The notes below the pieces were generated by a model, which did no database searches, was not told where the DNA came from, and was given only the letters and a program-made list of their open reading frames with translations. Below are positions 61,410 to 64,000 of a stretch of DNA of 64,000 bases, piece by piece (within the stretch, counting starts at the first letter, position 1; each line of letters opens with the position of its first letter). Origin of the DNA: Raja brachyura (taxonomy: Eukaryota); assembly GCA_963514005.1 (NCBI GenBank), contig OY740782.1, forward strand, positions 105,772,001 through 105,836,000. Direction: 5' to 3'. The position numbers were made by a program, and so were the translations under genes.

Positions 61410-61612
61410 ATAGACAAAGTGCTGGACTAACTCAAAGAGTCAGGCAGCATCTCTGAAGAAAAAGGATGGGTGATGTTGCAGGTTGTGACCTTCAGACCCG
61501 AACCGAAACAGCATCCATCCTTTTTCTCCAGAGATGCTGCCTGACCCGCTGAGTTACTCGAGTACTTTGTGTCTTTCTTCAGTATATACCTGTACCAGCA
61601 CCTGCAGTTCTA
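61410..61612. repeat. Inverted pair of Penelope-terminal short repeats
   Basis: 61410-61470 is the imperfect reverse complement of 61515-61574. Confidence 0.7.
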
Positions 61613-62059
61613 CACAAATCAGTTTCTACATATATCAAGCAATCCTGACCGAGTGAACAAAACAGTGGAATGTGAGCTCACAAATATTTGTCTCTCCTTT
61701 CAAATATCACTTAGAGTAAATAGACAGATGGTGTTTGAACAGAAAGATAATTGGTAACTGTTCGGTCAAATGCTGCAGACATTTTCAAATTCGATCAAAT
61801 CGAGTGTATTCACCTACTCCTCTGGAAGAACTTAAAGGAATAATTTAAAATACTTTGTGCATCTCCAATTTATATTATTTTCTAGAAGGTGACATTCTGC
61901 TCCTTTAAGATGATTTAGGACTATTATTGATTGACAGAATCTGTATATCAAAGTCTTGCTGTCAGAAGAAATCAGATGATTTTCTCCCCATACTTTCTGA
62001 CAAAAATCTTACTGAAAGCAAACCAGAACATTCAACTTACAAATTACATACTGGGCAAA

Positions 62060-63716
62060 TCAAATCTGCTGCATGCTTTCAAAAATCATAGAATAATTGC
62101 AGCAACAATGCATCCCTCCCTGCTGAGTTCAATGCATTCCATGCTTGTATCAAACAGAAGGCTAGTGGAATAACCTCCCCTGCCCATCAGACTCAGGTGG
62201 ATCTTCACCCATGACTTTTGCAGTCATCAGATCAGCCTTTCTGCGAATAGACCAAAAAGAGAGCAACTGGTCTGTTTGGAGACACGGGCCATGTCGTCAG
62301 AACTTGTGCAGACAACAATAACCTCTCCCAACTCCAATCAGACGTTCCCACTGGCTTCAGGGCAGCTGCTGGCAACTGTCCCAATGAAACTCAAAATAGA
62401 AAGCTGTAATGACTACCTTCTGGTGGCTCTGACATCCACCATCAAGTAGCGCATCGAGAGACTGGTAGGCATGGTGCACATGGATTCCCGTTACCCAGAC
62501 AGCCTGGATCCATTGAAATTTGCCTACAAGTCAATGGCAGATGGCATCTCCCTACAGTTGTTACTGGAACACTGCTTCAAAAGGGTACCTGTTAAATACC
62601 TATTTATTGACTATAGCTCTGCCTGTAATAGCATATTTCCTACCAAACTCATCTACAAAGTTCTGGATCTAGGTCATAGCACCCCTCAATGCAACTGCAT
62701 CCTTAATTTCCCGATCCATAGACCACAATCACTAAAGATAGGTGACAGAAAATTGGCCATGATATTTATCAAACCTGGTGACCCGCAAGGACTTCTCAGC
62801 CTTTTACAAACTCCCTGTACATTTACAACTGTGCAGCCAAGTTCTGGTCTAACTTCATTTAAAAGTCTGCAGATGGCATGGTCATAGTGGTCTGGATGTC
62901 ACACAATGAGACAAAATACAGGAAGGAGATTGAGTGCTTCATGGCATGGCGGCAAGACAACAAATTGTCCTTCAAAATCAGGAAAATTAAGGAACTAGTG
63001 ATCAACTTCAGGAAGCTGGGTCTCAGTCTGTGTCAATGGAGTTGATATGGAGATGTTTGAGAGCTTCATGTTTCTAGGCATAAATATAACCAATTTATCC
63101 TGAAAACCACATTGACATATAGCCAAGAAAGCCCATCAATGTCTCTACTTCTCAGAAGGCTAAGGACATGTAACATGTCTCCAATGGCTCTCACCAATTT
63201 CAATAATGCACCATCGAATGCATCTTATCGGGATGCATCACTGTTTAGTGTAGTAACCGTTCAGCCCAAGACTGCAAGAAATTGCCTGGAGTTCTAATGC
63301 AGTCCAGTCCATCACACAAACCAGCCTCCCCCCACCCCCCCTCCAAATGACTTGTTCTGCACACATGTTGACTTGAGCGTACAGCCAACATGTCCATTCA
63401 TACCTTGGCTATTCCCTCTTCTCCCCTCTCATCAGGCAGGATACAAAAGCTTAAAATCGCATATCATCAAATTTATAACAGCTCATCCTTGCTGTTACCA
63501 GACCACTCATAACCAAGGATGAATTCCTGATCCCACAATCGACTTCATTGCACTTTTTCTTAACAGCATTTTCCCTGTTATTATAACACTAAATTCTACT
63601 CTCTTTGCCCTTTTGCGGTAATTGTTCTCCTTGTGTTTGGTATGTTTTGACTGGGGAGTCCTCAAAATAGAGTTTTTCTTCCACTGTATCTCAGTACTTC
63701 TGACAATAATAAACCA
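62060..63716 (+). mobile_element. Degenerate Rex1/Babar LINE
   Basis: LDPLKFAY, LFIDYSSA.N.I.P.KL and G.PQG motifs; 3' gacaataataaacc end. Confidence 0.75.
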
Positions 63717-64000
63717 ACAGCAATATTTTTAACCTTATCTACTGGCACACATTTCTGCCATCTCTAATCATGTGAATAATACACCACTGTTGACAGATCA
63801 TATTTATTAGCATGCCAAGCAAATCATCATCATCTAACTGAACAAGTTCCAACATCATGAAACATGCAACTCCCAATCCAGAGATGGCTATAATTAAATG
63901 TTGTATTTCAAAACAAACAAAAATTTGAAAGCCAGAATTCGTCCCAATACTGTTCCACCTCATGTAACACCTCAAATGTCATAAACATCTCCATGACCTT

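Overview
Eukaryotic, transposon-dense DNA with no intact host protein-coding gene, rRNA, tRNA or CRISPR array that I can support. The repeat mix (HE1/V-type tRNA SINEs, CR1, Penelope, Rex/Babar, DIRS) suggests a cartilaginous fish, probably a skate or ray (inference). The main elements are two full-length DIRS tyrosine-recombinase retrotransposons on the minus strand. One is 5630-10013 with decayed ORFs. The other is 23673-29018 with an intact RT/RNaseH/methyltransferase ORF but a disabled recombinase. The window also holds an internally deleted Gypsy element, four non-autonomous Helitron-like elements, Harbinger-like MITEs, a TIR family with 7-bp target duplications and a ~2.4-3 kb inverted duplication. 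The top findings are: (1) a ~120-bp short retroposon, present twice, whose first 54 nt fold into a minimal HDV-like self-cleaving ribozyme starting exactly at the insertion boundary; (2) a predicted in-frame splice in DIRS joining the pol start codon to the recombinase ORF; (3) minimal hammerhead cores in Penelope-derived repeats; (4) evidence that defective DIRS copies were mobilised in trans, both at AATTGT sites; (5) possible decayed exons of a CUB/LDLa-type host pseudogene (low confidence). All calls were made by eye, with no database search; boundaries of degenerate repeats are approximate.
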